The notes under the pieces: model-generated
Database searches by the model: none
What the model saw: only the letters and a program-made list of their open reading frames with translations
What the model was told of the DNA's origin: nothing
Source: Acidimicrobiia bacterium
GTDB taxonomy: Bacteria; Actinomycetota; Acidimicrobiia; Spongiisociales; UBA5794
DNA length: 64,000 nucleotides
Direction of reading: 5' to 3'
Assembly (NCBI GenBank): GCA_051002015.1
Contig: JBPCMS010000003.1
Location: 1,155 to 65,154, forward strand
Program-made: the position numbers and the translations under genes
In this document: positions 18,154-27,356 of the stretch, one piece after another
Position numbering within the stretch: the stretch's first letter is position 1
Layout: each line of letters begins with the position of its first letter

Positions 18154-19548
18154 ATGACCGACCTCGCCCCGAGATCGGGTATCTCGATGATCAGGTCGGG
18201 ACTGTTCGCCCGCTTCTGGTGGGCCAGCCTGGTGTCCAGCACCGGCGACTGGATCACGATGTTCGCCACCATCGCCCTGGGCAACGCCATCGCCGGCGAG
18301 GTCGGGGTCCTGCTCGCCCTGCTGTCGAGGATCCTCCCCGGGCTCGTCTTCGGACCGGTGGTCGGGGTGCTCACCGACCGGTTCGACCGGCGCAAGCTGG
18401 TGGTGATCTCGGACATCGGCCGCGGTCTGCTGGTTCCCGCCCTGCTCTTCGCCACCACCCTGCCCATCCTGGTCGTGGTCAACTTCGGGCTGGAGATGCT
18501 GAGCCTGCTCGGCCAGGCTCCGCGCAACGCCATGATCCCCCGGCTGGTGGCGCCGGAGGGGCTGGTCGCCGCCAACAGCCTGAACCTCGGCTCGACCTTC
18601 GGGACCATCCCGGTTGGCGCCGGGCTCAGCTGGGCCCTCGGCTCTCTGCCCTCCTTCACCCTCGGTGGCCTGATCCCCGCCACCAACGCAGGGCTCACCT
18701 TCGCCTTCGCCTTCGACGCCCTCACCTTCTTCGCTTCTGCGGCCTTGATCTGGTCGCTTCCCGCCATCCGCTCCCGGGCCGCCGATCCCGACGTGGACGG
18801 GGTGAAGCGGAAGGCGTTCGACGAGTTCAAGGAGGGGATGAAGTTCTTCTGGGCCCGCAAGTCGGTGCGGCGGGTGATCGTGGGGATGACGGCGGCGCTG
18901 ATGGGCGGAGGTCTGATGATCGTGGTCGGTAGCCCCTTCGTCGATCGGGTGCTGGATGCCGACGCCACCGGGTTCTTCGCCATCCTCACCGTTGCGGGTC
19001 TCGGCGCCGGGCTGGCCATCGCCTGGATGACCCTGTACGAGACCAGGCTGGTCCGCCGCGACCTGGTCTTCTCCCTGTCGCTGATCGCATGCGGTGGCGG
19101 GCTCGTCGCCACCGCTTTCACCTCGACGGTGTTCGGGGCCGCCGCCTGGATGGGGGTGTTCGGGTTCGGAGCAGGGGCGGCGTACGTCATGGGGTTCACC
19201 CACATCCAGGAGCAGGTCGACGACGAGATGCGGGGCAGGGTGTTCGCCACCCTGTTCACCCTGATGCGGGTAGGCCTATTCGTGTCGATGGCGCTGGCCC
19301 CGTCGCTCGACCTCCTCCTCGACCGCAACGGGCTCGGTCTGCTCGCCGCCCCCAAGCGGGGGGTGTTGTTCGTCGGCGGGCTGCTCATCATCACCTCCGG
19401 GTCGGCCACGCTGTGGAGCCTGCGCGACTCCTTCGGCAAGCCCCGGTTCGGGTCGGAGGCCCGCGACATCCTGGCGGAGGCGGTCAAGGCCCGCCGCGGC
19501 TCCGGCGCCGGACCCGGTGAGGCGGCCGATGGCGAGGAGGAGGCGTGA
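18154..19548 (+). CDS. MFS transporter
   Basis: 12-TM protein with MFS motifs (GVLTDRFDRRKL). Confidence 0.8.
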   Translation: MTDLAPRSGISMIRSGLFARFWWASLVSSTGDWITMFATIALGNAIAGEVGVLLALLSRILPGLVFGPVVGVLTDRFDRRKLVVISDIGRGLLVPALLFATTLPILVVVNFGLEMLSLLGQAPRNAMIPRLVAPEGLVAANSLNLGSTFGTIPVGAGLSWALGSLPSFTLGGLIPATNAGLTFAFAFDALTFFASAALIWSLPAIRSRAADPDVDGVKRKAFDEFKEGMKFFWARKSVRRVIVGMTAALMGGGLMIVVGSPFVDRVLDADATGFFAILTVAGLGAGLAIAWMTLYETRLVRRDLVFSLSLIACGGGLVATAFTSTVFGAAAWMGVFGFGAGAAYVMGFTHIQEQVDDEMRGRVFATLFTLMRVGLFVSMALAPSLDLLLDRNGLGLLAAPKRGVLFVGGLLIITSGSATLWSLRDSFGKPRFGSEARDILAEAVKARRGSGAGPGEAADGEEEA

Positions 19549-20168
19549 CCGGGCACTACGCCGCCCTGGAGGGGATCGAGGGCGCAGGCAAGTCCACCGT
19601 CGCCGCCGGCGTCGCCTCGGTGCTCCAGTCCCGCGGCCATGCCGTGGTCCCGGTGCGCGAGCCCGGGGGGACCAGGACCGGGGAGCGGATCCGGCGGATC
19701 CTGCTCGAGCCCGGCGGCGAGTTGTCGCCGTGGTCGGAGGCCATGCTGTTCGCCGCCGCCCGCGCCCAGCTCGCCGAATCGGTGATCCGCCCCGCCCTGG
19801 CCGCAGGGTCGTGGGTGATCGGGGATCGGTCGGTGTACTCGTCGCTGGCATACCAGGGCGTGGGACGCGGCCTCGGGGTGGAGACGGTCAGGACGGTCAA
19901 CGCCGCAGGGCTGGCCGGGGTGTGGCCCGAGCTGGTGATCCTGCTCAGGGTCGATCCCGATGTGGGGCTGGAGCGTCAGGCGGTCTCCGACCGCATCGGC
20001 GGCGAGGGTATGGATCTGCAGCGGCGGGTGGCGGACGGATTCGACCTGCTTGCCGCCGCCGAGCCCGACCGTTTCCTCGTGGTCGATGCCGCCGCTCCGC
20101 TCGAGATGGTCGTCGATCACGTGGTCGCCGTGCTGGAGGAGTCGTGGACGACGTCTTCGCCGGTGTGA
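19545..20168 (+). CDS. tmk: dTMP (thymidylate) kinase
   Basis: ALEGIEGAGKST P-loop and REPGGT lid. Start overlaps the MFS stop. Confidence 0.85.
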   Translation: MTGHYAALEGIEGAGKSTVAAGVASVLQSRGHAVVPVREPGGTRTGERIRRILLEPGGELSPWSEAMLFAAARAQLAESVIRPALAAGSWVIGDRSVYSSLAYQGVGRGLGVETVRTVNAAGLAGVWPELVILLRVDPDVGLERQAVSDRIGGEGMDLQRRVADGFDLLAAAEPDRFLVVDAAAPLEMVVDHVVAVLEESWTTSSPV

Positions 20169-21190
20169 TCGGCCACGGGCCGGTGGTGGCCATGCTCCGC
20201 CAGGAACTGGCTCGCCCCGCCCAGGCATACCTGTTCGTCGGGCCTGCCGGGGTGGGCAAGGCCACGGTGGCAAGGCGGTTCGCCGCCGCCCTCCTCGCCG
20301 ACGACCCCGACGTCCGAGCCAGGGTCGTGGCCGGGAACCATCCCGATCTGGTGGTGGTCGAGCCCGAGGGAAAGGCATCGGTCACCGTCGATCAGGCCCG
20401 GCACACGGTGGCGCAGGCGAGCCTGGCGCCCATGGTCGCCGCCCGCAAGGTCTTCCTGTTCGAGGAGGGCGGGATGATGAACGACGAGGCGGCCAACACC
20501 CTGCTCAAGACCCTCGAGGAGCCGACGGCGTCGACCATCTTCATCATCGTGGTCGATGCGGGCGACGAGCTGCCCCTTACGATCGCAAGCCGCTGCCGGC
20601 CCGTGGTGTTCGGACGGGCGGCGGACACCGAGGTCATCGAGGGGCTGACCGCCGCCGGGGTCGACCCCGAGCAGGCGGAGCGGTCGGCCCTCATCGCCGG
20701 GGGGAGACCCGGTCTCGCTCTGACCATGGCCACCCGCCCCGAGGTCGCCGAGTACCGCCGGGTTTGGCTGTCGATCCCGGAGCGGCTGACCGGTGAGCCG
20801 GGTGACGCCTACCTGCTGGCCGACGAGGTGGAGCGGGCCACCAAGCCGCTGCTCACCGCGGTCACCGCGGCCTCGGCGGCGGCAGCGGACGAAGCCATGG
20901 GGAGACGGGGCGAGGAGCGGGCGGAGCGCCAGGCGAAGCGGGCGAGCGCCGCCCTGCACGTGTCCGGTCTCGAGATCCTGGCCGGGTTCTACCGGGACGT
21001 CGCCGCCGCCCAGCTCGGGGCCCCGGTGCGCAACCCGGACATCGAGGCCACATCGCTGACACTGCTCTCCCCGGCCGCCGCCGTCGCCGCCGCCGAGCGG
21101 GTGCTGGAGACCATCGAGGCGCTGGAGTCCAACCAACGTTCCACCCTCGCCTTCGCAAACCTGTTCTCCGATCTCGGTGCGCCCCGCTGA
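20144..21190 (+). CDS. holB: DNA polymerase III subunit delta' (HolB)
   Basis: AYLFVGPAGVGKAT, FLFEEGGMMNDEAANTLLKTLEEP, SRCR sensor-1-like. Start assigned to the GTG of VDDVFAGVIG by alignment with the HolB N-terminus. The exact start is uncertain. Confidence 0.7.
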   Translation: MDDVFAGVIGHGPVVAMLRQELARPAQAYLFVGPAGVGKATVARRFAAALLADDPDVRARVVAGNHPDLVVVEPEGKASVTVDQARHTVAQASLAPMVAARKVFLFEEGGMMNDEAANTLLKTLEEPTASTIFIIVVDAGDELPLTIASRCRPVVFGRAADTEVIEGLTAAGVDPEQAERSALIAGGRPGLALTMATRPEVAEYRRVWLSIPERLTGEPGDAYLLADEVERATKPLLTAVTAASAAAADEAMGRRGEERAERQAKRASAALHVSGLEILAGFYRDVAAAQLGAPVRNPDIEATSLTLLSPAAAVAAAERVLETIEALESNQRSTLAFANLFSDLGAPR

Positions 21191-21845
21191 CCGCCGCCCT
21201 CCCCCGGGCATGCGGGCATTCGTCGCCACGATCCGCCACCCGATCGGGTGGCAGGCCCGTCTGCTCTGGGACCTCGAGATCGTGGGAAGGGAGCACCTGC
21301 CGGCCGGCGCCCACGTGGTCGCCGCCAACCATCAGTCGTTGATCGACCCGGTGCTGGTGACGTTGGTGGAACGGGGCAACGTGCGTTATCTGGCAGCCGC
21401 CGAGCTGTTCGACAAGCACCCGCTGTTCGATCGGCTCATCTCGTTCTTCGGCGCCATACCCACCCACAAGGATCGGCCGGTGATCGCCGCCGTTCGCGCC
21501 GCCATGGCCGAGCTGGAGACGGGGCGTCCGATCGGGGTATTCCCCGAGGGGCGGAGGGTCACCCACTGGGGGGAGGAGCCGCCGCAGCGGGGGGCCGCCT
21601 GGCTGGCGCTCCATGCCGGGGTGCCGCTGGTGCCGGTCGCCATCGCCGGCGCAGACGGCACGCTCTCGCACCGCAATCCCCGGTTCAACCGGAGCACCGT
21701 CCGCATCTGGGTCCAGCCCGCCATCGACCCTAAGGCGTATCTCGACCACGCCGACCCGGTCGATGCCATCGGCAGGGCATGGGTGGCGTCCATCGGGGAG
21801 CGGCTCGACCCCTGGTCGGACCACCCGCTTGTTGGCGAGCTTTGA
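21177..21845 (+). CDS. Lysophospholipid (1-acyl-sn-glycerol-3-phosphate) acyltransferase, PlsC family
   Basis: HxxxxD motif ANHQSLIDP and the acceptor-pocket motif VFPEGRR. An alternative start lies 11 codons downstream. Confidence 0.75.
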   Translation: MRPADRRPPPGMRAFVATIRHPIGWQARLLWDLEIVGREHLPAGAHVVAANHQSLIDPVLVTLVERGNVRYLAAAELFDKHPLFDRLISFFGAIPTHKDRPVIAAVRAAMAELETGRPIGVFPEGRRVTHWGEEPPQRGAAWLALHAGVPLVPVAIAGADGTLSHRNPRFNRSTVRIWVQPAIDPKAYLDHADPVDAIGRAWVASIGERLDPWSDHPLVGEL

Positions 21846-21952
21846 GCGCCTCACACCGCCAGGCGATGTCACTCGCTCAAAGTTTGGGCTGCGGGTGAGC
21901 GAGGATGCCGGGTAGGGTCCGACGGGCACGGGAGGAGCGCCGGTTGCGGGTG

Positions 21953-22843
21953 ATGGTGAGCGGCTCGAGCGGTCTGCTGGGCACCGCCCTGCGCTCCCAC
22001 CTGGCCGCCACCGGTCACGGGGTGGTCCCGCTGGTGCGCCGCCCCGCAGGCGAAGGGGAGCGGCGCTGGGATCCGGACGGCGGCACCGTCGACCCGGCCG
22101 TGTTCGACGGGATCGACGCCGTGGTCAACCTCAACGGGGTCGGGATCGGCGACCGCCGCCTCACCCCGGGGAGGAAGCGGGCGATCCTCGAGAGCAGGGT
22201 CGGGACGACCACGCTGCTCGCCGCCGGTATGGCCGGTCGGCCGGAACGCCCTGCCGTGTTCGTGTCCCAATCGGCGATCGGCTACTACGGCGATGCGGGC
22301 GACGCCGTCCTCACCGAGTCCTCCCCACCGGGCACCGACTTCGTCGCCGACGTGGTGCGGCAGTGGGAGGAGGCGTCCCGACCGGCCGCCGCCGCCGGGG
22401 TGCGCACCGTCACCACCAGGACCGGGTTGGTGCTCACCGGGAAGGGCGGGCTGATGGGCAGGCTCCTCCTCCCGTTCCGGCTCGGGATCGGGGGCAGGCT
22501 CGGCTCGGGTGGGCAGTGGTGGTCGTGGGTCACCATCGACGACTGGGTGCGGGCGGTCTCCCACCTCCTGGCGAGTGATGTGGAGGGCCCGGTCAACGTG
22601 ACCGCACCGAAACCGGTCACCAACGCCGAGTTCACCGCGGCGCTGGGAAGGAAGCTGCACCGCCCGACTGCGATCCCGCTGCCGCGGTGGGCCCTGGGCG
22701 TCGTCCTCGGCTTCGAGCGGGCGGACTCGCTCGTCTTCAGCTCGGCCCGGGTGATCCCCGCCCGGCTGACCGCCGACGGCTTCGGGTTCACCCACCCCGA
22801 CATCGACACCGCCCTGGGCGCCGTCCTCAAGCGATTTTCTTAG
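21953..22843 (+). CDS. TIGR01777/YfcH-type epimerase-family protein (NAD-binding with C-terminal DUF1731)
   Basis: VSGSSGLLG Rossmann motif and C-terminal ...PLPRWALGVVLG...SARVIPARL typical of YfcH. Start taken at MVSGSSG. Confidence 0.75.
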   Translation: MVSGSSGLLGTALRSHLAATGHGVVPLVRRPAGEGERRWDPDGGTVDPAVFDGIDAVVNLNGVGIGDRRLTPGRKRAILESRVGTTTLLAAGMAGRPERPAVFVSQSAIGYYGDAGDAVLTESSPPGTDFVADVVRQWEEASRPAAAAGVRTVTTRTGLVLTGKGGLMGRLLLPFRLGIGGRLGSGGQWWSWVTIDDWVRAVSHLLASDVEGPVNVTAPKPVTNAEFTAALGRKLHRPTAIPLPRWALGVVLGFERADSLVFSSARVIPARLTADGFGFTHPDIDTALGAVLKRFS

Positions 22844-22950
22844 GACCCGTTCGCGTCACCTGTGACGCGTTCCGGTCCTAAGAAATCCTCGAACGACCTT
22901 CTTAGGATCGGAACGCGTCGTCTGTGACGCGTTCCGGTCCTAAGAAATGA
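22841..22950. repeat. Tandem pair of roughly 48-nt palindromic elements (long hairpins) in a convergent intergenic region. Probably a bidirectional terminator or REP-like element.
   Basis: Copy 2 (22902-22950): CTTAGGATCGGAACGCGTC-gtctgt-GACGCGTTCCGGTCCTAAG is a 19-bp stem with one mismatch. Copy 1 (22841-22888) shares the right arm GTGACGCGTTCCGGTCCTAAGAAAT but has an internally inverted left arm. Confidence 0.6.
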
Positions 22951-22955
22951 GCTCT

Positions 22956-23471
22956 TCAGACCGTCGACGCCCCGTCGATGGTCATGACCACCCCGGCGAG
23001 CACGGCGACGGCGCCGATCGACCGGATCAGCCAGGCGGTGACGGTGCTGGAGCCACCGTTCCTGGCCGCCCACCACCAGGTGGCGGCGGCGGCGGCGCCG
23101 ACACACAGGGCGGCGATCCACCAGCCGGCGTCTGCCCCGCCGGCGGTGGCGGCGAAGACCGGGCCCGGCCCCAGCCCGGCGATCACTCCGCCGGTGATGC
23201 CGTCGCCCTCGACCGGCCGGGGCGGCCGTCGCAGCAGGTGGGCGGAGCCGGTGGCGGCCACGACGACACCGGAGGCGGTGCGGAAGGTGGGGGCGGACAC
23301 CCCGAGCAGGTCGATCACCCGCTCGCCGAGCACGGCGAGCAGGATCCCGACCCCGGCGGCGATCCCGAGCCCGACCAGCCGGGGCCTGCTCGGCGTCCCC
23401 ATGACCCCGGCCGCCGCCGGGGGATTCCAGGCGGCGAGCACGGCGAGGACGGTGACGAGGGGCTGGTTCAC
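22956..23471 (-). CDS. MarC/UPF0056 family integral membrane protein
   Basis: Six TM segments. GTG start (VNQPLVTVLAVLAAW) overlaps the stop of the upstream gene (GTGA). Confidence 0.65.
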   Translation of the reverse strand: MNQPLVTVLAVLAAWNPPAAAGVMGTPSRPRLVGLGIAAGVGILLAVLGERVIDLLGVSAPTFRTASGVVVAATGSAHLLRRPPRPVEGDGITGGVIAGLGPGPVFAATAGGADAGWWIAALCVGAAAAATWWWAARNGGSSTVTAWLIRSIGAVAVLAGVVMTIDGASTV

Positions 23472-24640
23472 GGTGCGCTCCTCGCCATCAGGGCCGCCGT
23501 CCACAGCATGGCGGAGGCGGCGTGCTGCTGGTCGTCCATCCTGGTGATCCCGTCCCGGAACCAGGCCCCGGCCTCGGTCGGCCCCGCCGCGTCGCCGGTG
23601 GTCTGGGCGGCGGCGAGGCGGGCGGCACCGCACACCACCCGATCCGCCAGCGGGTCGGCCAGGTCGGCCAATCGGGGATCGACGGTGGCGAGCCGCTGCA
23701 GCATCGACGCCCCCTCGAGCACGGTCCCGAACCCGGCGCCGCGCGGCTCGGGGGGATGGGTGACGGTGCCGAACCCGCTCCGCTGCGAATCCCAACGGAT
23801 GCCCACCCCGAACTGGCCGGACAACGCACGGGCGTAAGCGATGTGGTGGTCCTCCAGACCCCAGTCGCCCATCGCCTCCAGCGAGTACGCCGCCCACTGG
23901 TCGGGCCATGGCCTGGGGGAGAGCCCCTCCACCTCGTCCCGGCGGGTGCTCAGATAGTCGAGGGTGCGCCACGCCACCCGGTCGAACCCCTCGCCGGGGA
24001 ACGTCTCGTGGAGCAGCGCCAACGCCCACAGCGCCTCGCCGGTTGCGTAGCGTGACCGGACCGCAGGATCGGGGGCCGCGGTGGCCCGGTCCCAGCCATC
24101 GAGCATCGACCCGTCCGCCAGCTGCTGGCCCGCCATGAACCGGCCCAGCTCGACGAGAAGACCGTCGTGGGTGATGTCGGCGGTGATGGCCCGCCGGTCG
24201 AGCAGCGACACCGCCAGCAGCGCCGCCGCCCCCAGCTTGAGGTCGGCACCGTCGTCACCCCAGGCGGAGGCGCCGTCTGCGGTTGCGACCACCCGGTCGA
24301 GCATCGAGCCGAGGGCGAGGTCGGCGGCGGCGAGGAGGCGGTCGGCGTCGGCAGGGTCGCCGTGGCGGGCCACCTGGTACAAAGACATGGTGGTGCCGGC
24401 GTGGCGAACCAGGTTGTAGCCGCCCGACCGGGCCCCGGTCGCCCGGTCGATCTCGTAGAGGAACGTCCCGTCGGAGCTCTGGTTCACCGCGATCCACTCG
24501 GCGGCGGCCCCCGCCGCGGCCAGCGCCCCGTCCGCGGCGAGCGGGGGGCACACCTCGGGGGCGGCCAGGGTGACCCGCAGCCCGGTGGCGACCAGCAGCC
24601 AGGTCAAGCCGAGGTTGATCGCCTTGCGCCGTTCGTTCAC
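23468..24640 (-). CDS. Membrane-anchored alpha/alpha-toroid repeat protein (prenyltransferase/squalene-cyclase-like repeats). Function unknown.
   Basis: Signal-anchor VNERRKAINLGLTWLLVATGL, then repeats with aromatic/Gly motifs (GGYNLVRHAGTTMSLYQ, GEALWALALLHE, QWAAYSLEAMGDWG, ASAMLWTAALM). Start is uncertain; the ORF extends to 24889. Confidence 0.45.
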   Translation of the reverse strand: MNERRKAINLGLTWLLVATGLRVTLAAPEVCPPLAADGALAAAGAAAEWIAVNQSSDGTFLYEIDRATGARSGGYNLVRHAGTTMSLYQVARHGDPADADRLLAAADLALGSMLDRVVATADGASAWGDDGADLKLGAAALLAVSLLDRRAITADITHDGLLVELGRFMAGQQLADGSMLDGWDRATAAPDPAVRSRYATGEALWALALLHETFPGEGFDRVAWRTLDYLSTRRDEVEGLSPRPWPDQWAAYSLEAMGDWGLEDHHIAYARALSGQFGVGIRWDSQRSGFGTVTHPPEPRGAGFGTVLEGASMLQRLATVDPRLADLADPLADRVVCGAARLAAAQTTGDAAGPTEAGAWFRDGITRMDDQQHAASAMLWTAALMARSAP

Positions 24641-24758
24641 GGCGGTGATCGTACCGGGGACCCTCCCGTCGCCACGGCTGGCGTCGGGCCCGGCCAGCTG
24701 ACCGCCGCGCCCGCAGCCGACGCTACCGTGCGACGCCGACAAGGGGGCAGGGACACCT

Positions 24759-25679
24759 ATGAGGGTCGTCATCACCGGCGGCGCCGGGTTCATCGGATCG
24801 AACCTGGCCGAGCGGCTGCTGGGCGAAGGGATGGAGGTCGTTGCGATCGACGACCTCTCCAACGGCGACGAGTGCAACCTCGACGGCATCGACGCCGAGC
24901 TGGTGATCGGGTCGATCCTCGACGCCGAGCTGCTCGATCATACCTTCGACGGCGCCGACTGCATCGTCCACTTCGCCGCCCGGGGATCGGTGCCCAAGTC
25001 GGTGGCCGACCCGGTCGCCACCCACGAGCGCAACAACACCGGGACCCTGGTGGTGTTGGAGGCGGTGCGCCGGGCCGGGGGCCCGCACACGGTGGTGGCC
25101 TCGTCGTCCAGCGTGTACGGAGCCGTGCCCGACCTGCCCAAGCACGAGGACCTCGCCACCAGGCCGATGAGCCCGTATGCGGTGAGCAAGCTGGCCACCG
25201 AGTGGTACGCCCTGGCCTACCAGCACTCGTACGGGCTGCCGTCGATGGTTTTCCGCTTCTTCAACGTGTACGGGCCCCGGCAGCCGGCGGGACACGCCTA
25301 TGCGGCGGTGATCCCGGCGTGGATATCGGCGGCGCTGGCCGGGGATCCCGTGGTGGTCTACGGCGACGGTCTCCAGTCGCGCGACTTCACCTACGTCGAT
25401 TCGGTGACCTCGGTGGTCAGCGACGCCATCACCCGGCGGGTGGTCGATCCCATCCCGGTCAACCTGGCCTTCGGGGGCGGCTCGACCCTGCTCGAGCTGG
25501 CCGGCATGCTCGCCGAGATCATCGGCGAGCCGGTCGAGGTGCAGCACGCCGAGAGCCGCCGGGGCGACATCCGCCACAGCTCGGCCGACCCGTCCCGGCT
25601 CCTCGCCCTGTTCCCCGACATCGCCCCGATCGGTCTCGACGAGGGGTTGGCCCGCACCGTCGACTGGTGGCGTCGCTGA
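24759..25679 (+). CDS. NAD-dependent epimerase/dehydratase (UDP-glucose 4-epimerase family)
   Basis: VVITGGAGFIGSNL, catalytic SPYAVSK (YxxxK), NVYGPRQ. Confidence 0.85.
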   Translation: MRVVITGGAGFIGSNLAERLLGEGMEVVAIDDLSNGDECNLDGIDAELVIGSILDAELLDHTFDGADCIVHFAARGSVPKSVADPVATHERNNTGTLVVLEAVRRAGGPHTVVASSSSVYGAVPDLPKHEDLATRPMSPYAVSKLATEWYALAYQHSYGLPSMVFRFFNVYGPRQPAGHAYAAVIPAWISAALAGDPVVVYGDGLQSRDFTYVDSVTSVVSDAITRRVVDPIPVNLAFGGGSTLLELAGMLAEIIGEPVEVQHAESRRGDIRHSSADPSRLLALFPDIAPIGLDEGLARTVDWWRR

Positions 25680-25761
25680 TCCGCCGGGCAGGGCTCCTCA
25701 TCCGCCTGGCAGGGCTCCTCATCCGCCCGGCAGGGCCGGGGCTACACTCGCCACCCTTCCG

Positions 25762-25834
25762 GCCGGAGTAGCTCAGTCGGCAGAGCGACGCACTCGTAAT
25801 GCGTAGGTCAGGGGTTCGATTCCCCTCTCCGGCT
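25762..25834 (+). tRNA. tRNA-Thr (anticodon CGT)
   Basis: Cloverleaf: acceptor GCCGGAG/CTCCGGC, D-arm GTAGCTCAGTCGGCAGAGC, anticodon loop CT-CGT-AA, T-arm AGGGGTTCGATTCCCCT. No CCA is encoded. Confidence 0.85.
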
Positions 25835-25851
25835 CCCTCAATGCCGCCGTT

Positions 25852-26454
25852 GTGCGGGGTCGAACGAACCGAGGAGCCCTCCTGGCAGACCGAGCCACCT
25901 TCGAGGAAGACGCCCTGCAGTTCGCTCCGCAGCTGTACACCGCGGCGATGCGCATGACCCGCAACCCCTCCGACGCCGAGGATGTCGTCCAGGAGACCTA
26001 CCTGCGCGCCTACCGGGCGTACGACACCTTCACCGCAGGGACCAACCTCAAGGCATGGCTGTACCGGATCCTCACCAACACCTACATCAACCGCTACCGG
26101 CAGGCCCAGCGCCGTCCCTCGGAGGTCGAACTTGGCGAGCTGCAAGACCTCTACCTCTATCGCAGGCTGGGCGAGGGCTCGGGAGCGTCGGTCAGCGCCG
26201 AGGACGAGGTGCTGGAGCGGCTGGTCGACACCGACATCCGCACCGCGCTGGAGGAGCTCCCCGAGCACTTTCGGCTCCCGGTGCTGCTCGCCGATGTCGA
26301 GGGCTTCCACTACAAGGAGATCGCCGAGATCATGGACATCCCCATCGGCACCGTGATGTCCCGGCTGCACCGGGGAAGAAAAGCGCTCCAGCAGAAGTTG
26401 TGGAAGGTGGCCGAGGAGCGGGGCATGGTCGATCCGAACGCGGGTTCACGATGA
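25852..26454 (+). CDS. sigH: ECF sigma factor, SigH/SigR-like
   Basis: Region 2 ([21 protein letters not shown]...WLYRILTN) and region 4 ([26 protein letters not shown]). A GTG start only 18 nt after the tRNA makes the start uncertain. Confidence 0.8.
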   Translation: MRGRTNRGALLADRATFEEDALQFAPQLYTAAMRMTRNPSDAEDVVQETYLRAYRAYDTFTAGTNLKAWLYRILTNTYINRYRQAQRRPSEVELGELQDLYLYRRLGEGSGASVSAEDEVLERLVDTDIRTALEELPEHFRLPVLLADVEGFHYKEIAEIMDIPIGTVMSRLHRGRKALQQKLWKVAEERGMVDPNAGSR

Positions 26455-26696
26455 GTCAAGGATGCGGTCACGCCGTCGACTACCTGTACCAGTACATCGA
26501 CGATGAGCTGACCTGGTCGAGGCGGGTGCGGATACGGTGGCATCTTCAGCGGTGCCCGTCCTGCGTCGGGGCATACGGCTTCGAATCCCGTCTGAAAACC
26601 GTGATCCAACGCTGCGGCTGCGACGAACCCCCTCCGGAACTATATGACCGCCTCCGAACGTTGATACGTGAGGAGGCCGCCCGCGACAACCCCTGA
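26451..26696 (+). CDS. rshA: Zinc-binding anti-sigma factor (ZAS), RsrA/RshA-like
   Basis: ATGA overlap with the sigma gene. 81 aa with the ZAS motif H-x3-C-x2-C ([11 protein letters not shown]) plus upstream Cys/His residues. Confidence 0.75.
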   Translation: MSQGCGHAVDYLYQYIDDELTWSRRVRIRWHLQRCPSCVGAYGFESRLKTVIQRCGCDEPPPELYDRLRTLIREEAARDNP

Positions 26697-26735
26697 GGTG
26701 AGAGACCAGGGTCGCGGGCCGAAAGCGAGGCGATC

Positions 26736-26930
26736 ATGGTGGACGACACGCTCAGGGGGCGCCGGATCTCACCGGCGACGCGACCGCCCAAGGCGGTTGC
26801 CGAGAACCGCACCTGCATCATCCCCGAATGCGATACCAGGCTGAGCCGCTACAACCGGCGTGAGTACTGCTACACCCACGCACCGACCAGGTTCCCCCGG
26901 CTGCGGGGGCGGGTGGTGACGGGGCGGTAG
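26736..26930 (+). CDS. Hypothetical small zinc-ribbon protein
   Basis: 64 aa with a C-x3-C...C-x2-H arrangement (CIIPECD...YCYTH). Confidence 0.35.
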   Translation: MVDDTLRGRRISPATRPPKAVAENRTCIIPECDTRLSRYNRREYCYTHAPTRFPRLRGRVVTGR

Positions 26931-26966
26931 CCGACGGACCGGCCGTCGTCTACATCGAGGACGGGT

Positions 26967-27284
26967 GTGCGGCGGCTAATGTTGCCCGCCGTGAACGATC
27001 CCGTCCGCCGCCTGCTGGCCGTGGCCCTCCTGCTGTTCGTCCTCGGGGTTCCGGCTGCGGCGATTGCCACCGAGGCAGAGACCGGGAGCACGACCACGAC
27101 CGCCGCCGACCCCGACGCAATCGTGCCCGCCGTCGAGGTGCCTGCGGTAGCCGAAGAGGCGGAAGAGCCGCCATGGACCACCAGGTTCCTCGCCCCGGCC
27201 ACGCTCGCCCTCGGTGTGCTCGGGGTGGTGGGAGCGGCCGCCTACTACGGCGTCAGGATCGTCGGCCGCTACCGGGTCGGCTGA
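26967..27284 (+). CDS. Hypothetical small secreted/membrane protein
   Basis: N-terminal signal-like helix, Thr/Glu-rich middle, C-terminal TM helix. Confidence 0.35.
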   Translation: MRRLMLPAVNDPVRRLLAVALLLFVLGVPAAAIATEAETGSTTTTAADPDAIVPAVEVPAVAEEAEEPPWTTRFLAPATLALGVLGVVGAAAYYGVRIVGRYRVG

Positions 27285-27356
27285 TTCACCAGCCTCGCCG
27301 ACCCGCCCACCGGGCGGTCGACGACGTTGCCCCGTCATCCACCTAGGTTTCTCCTC

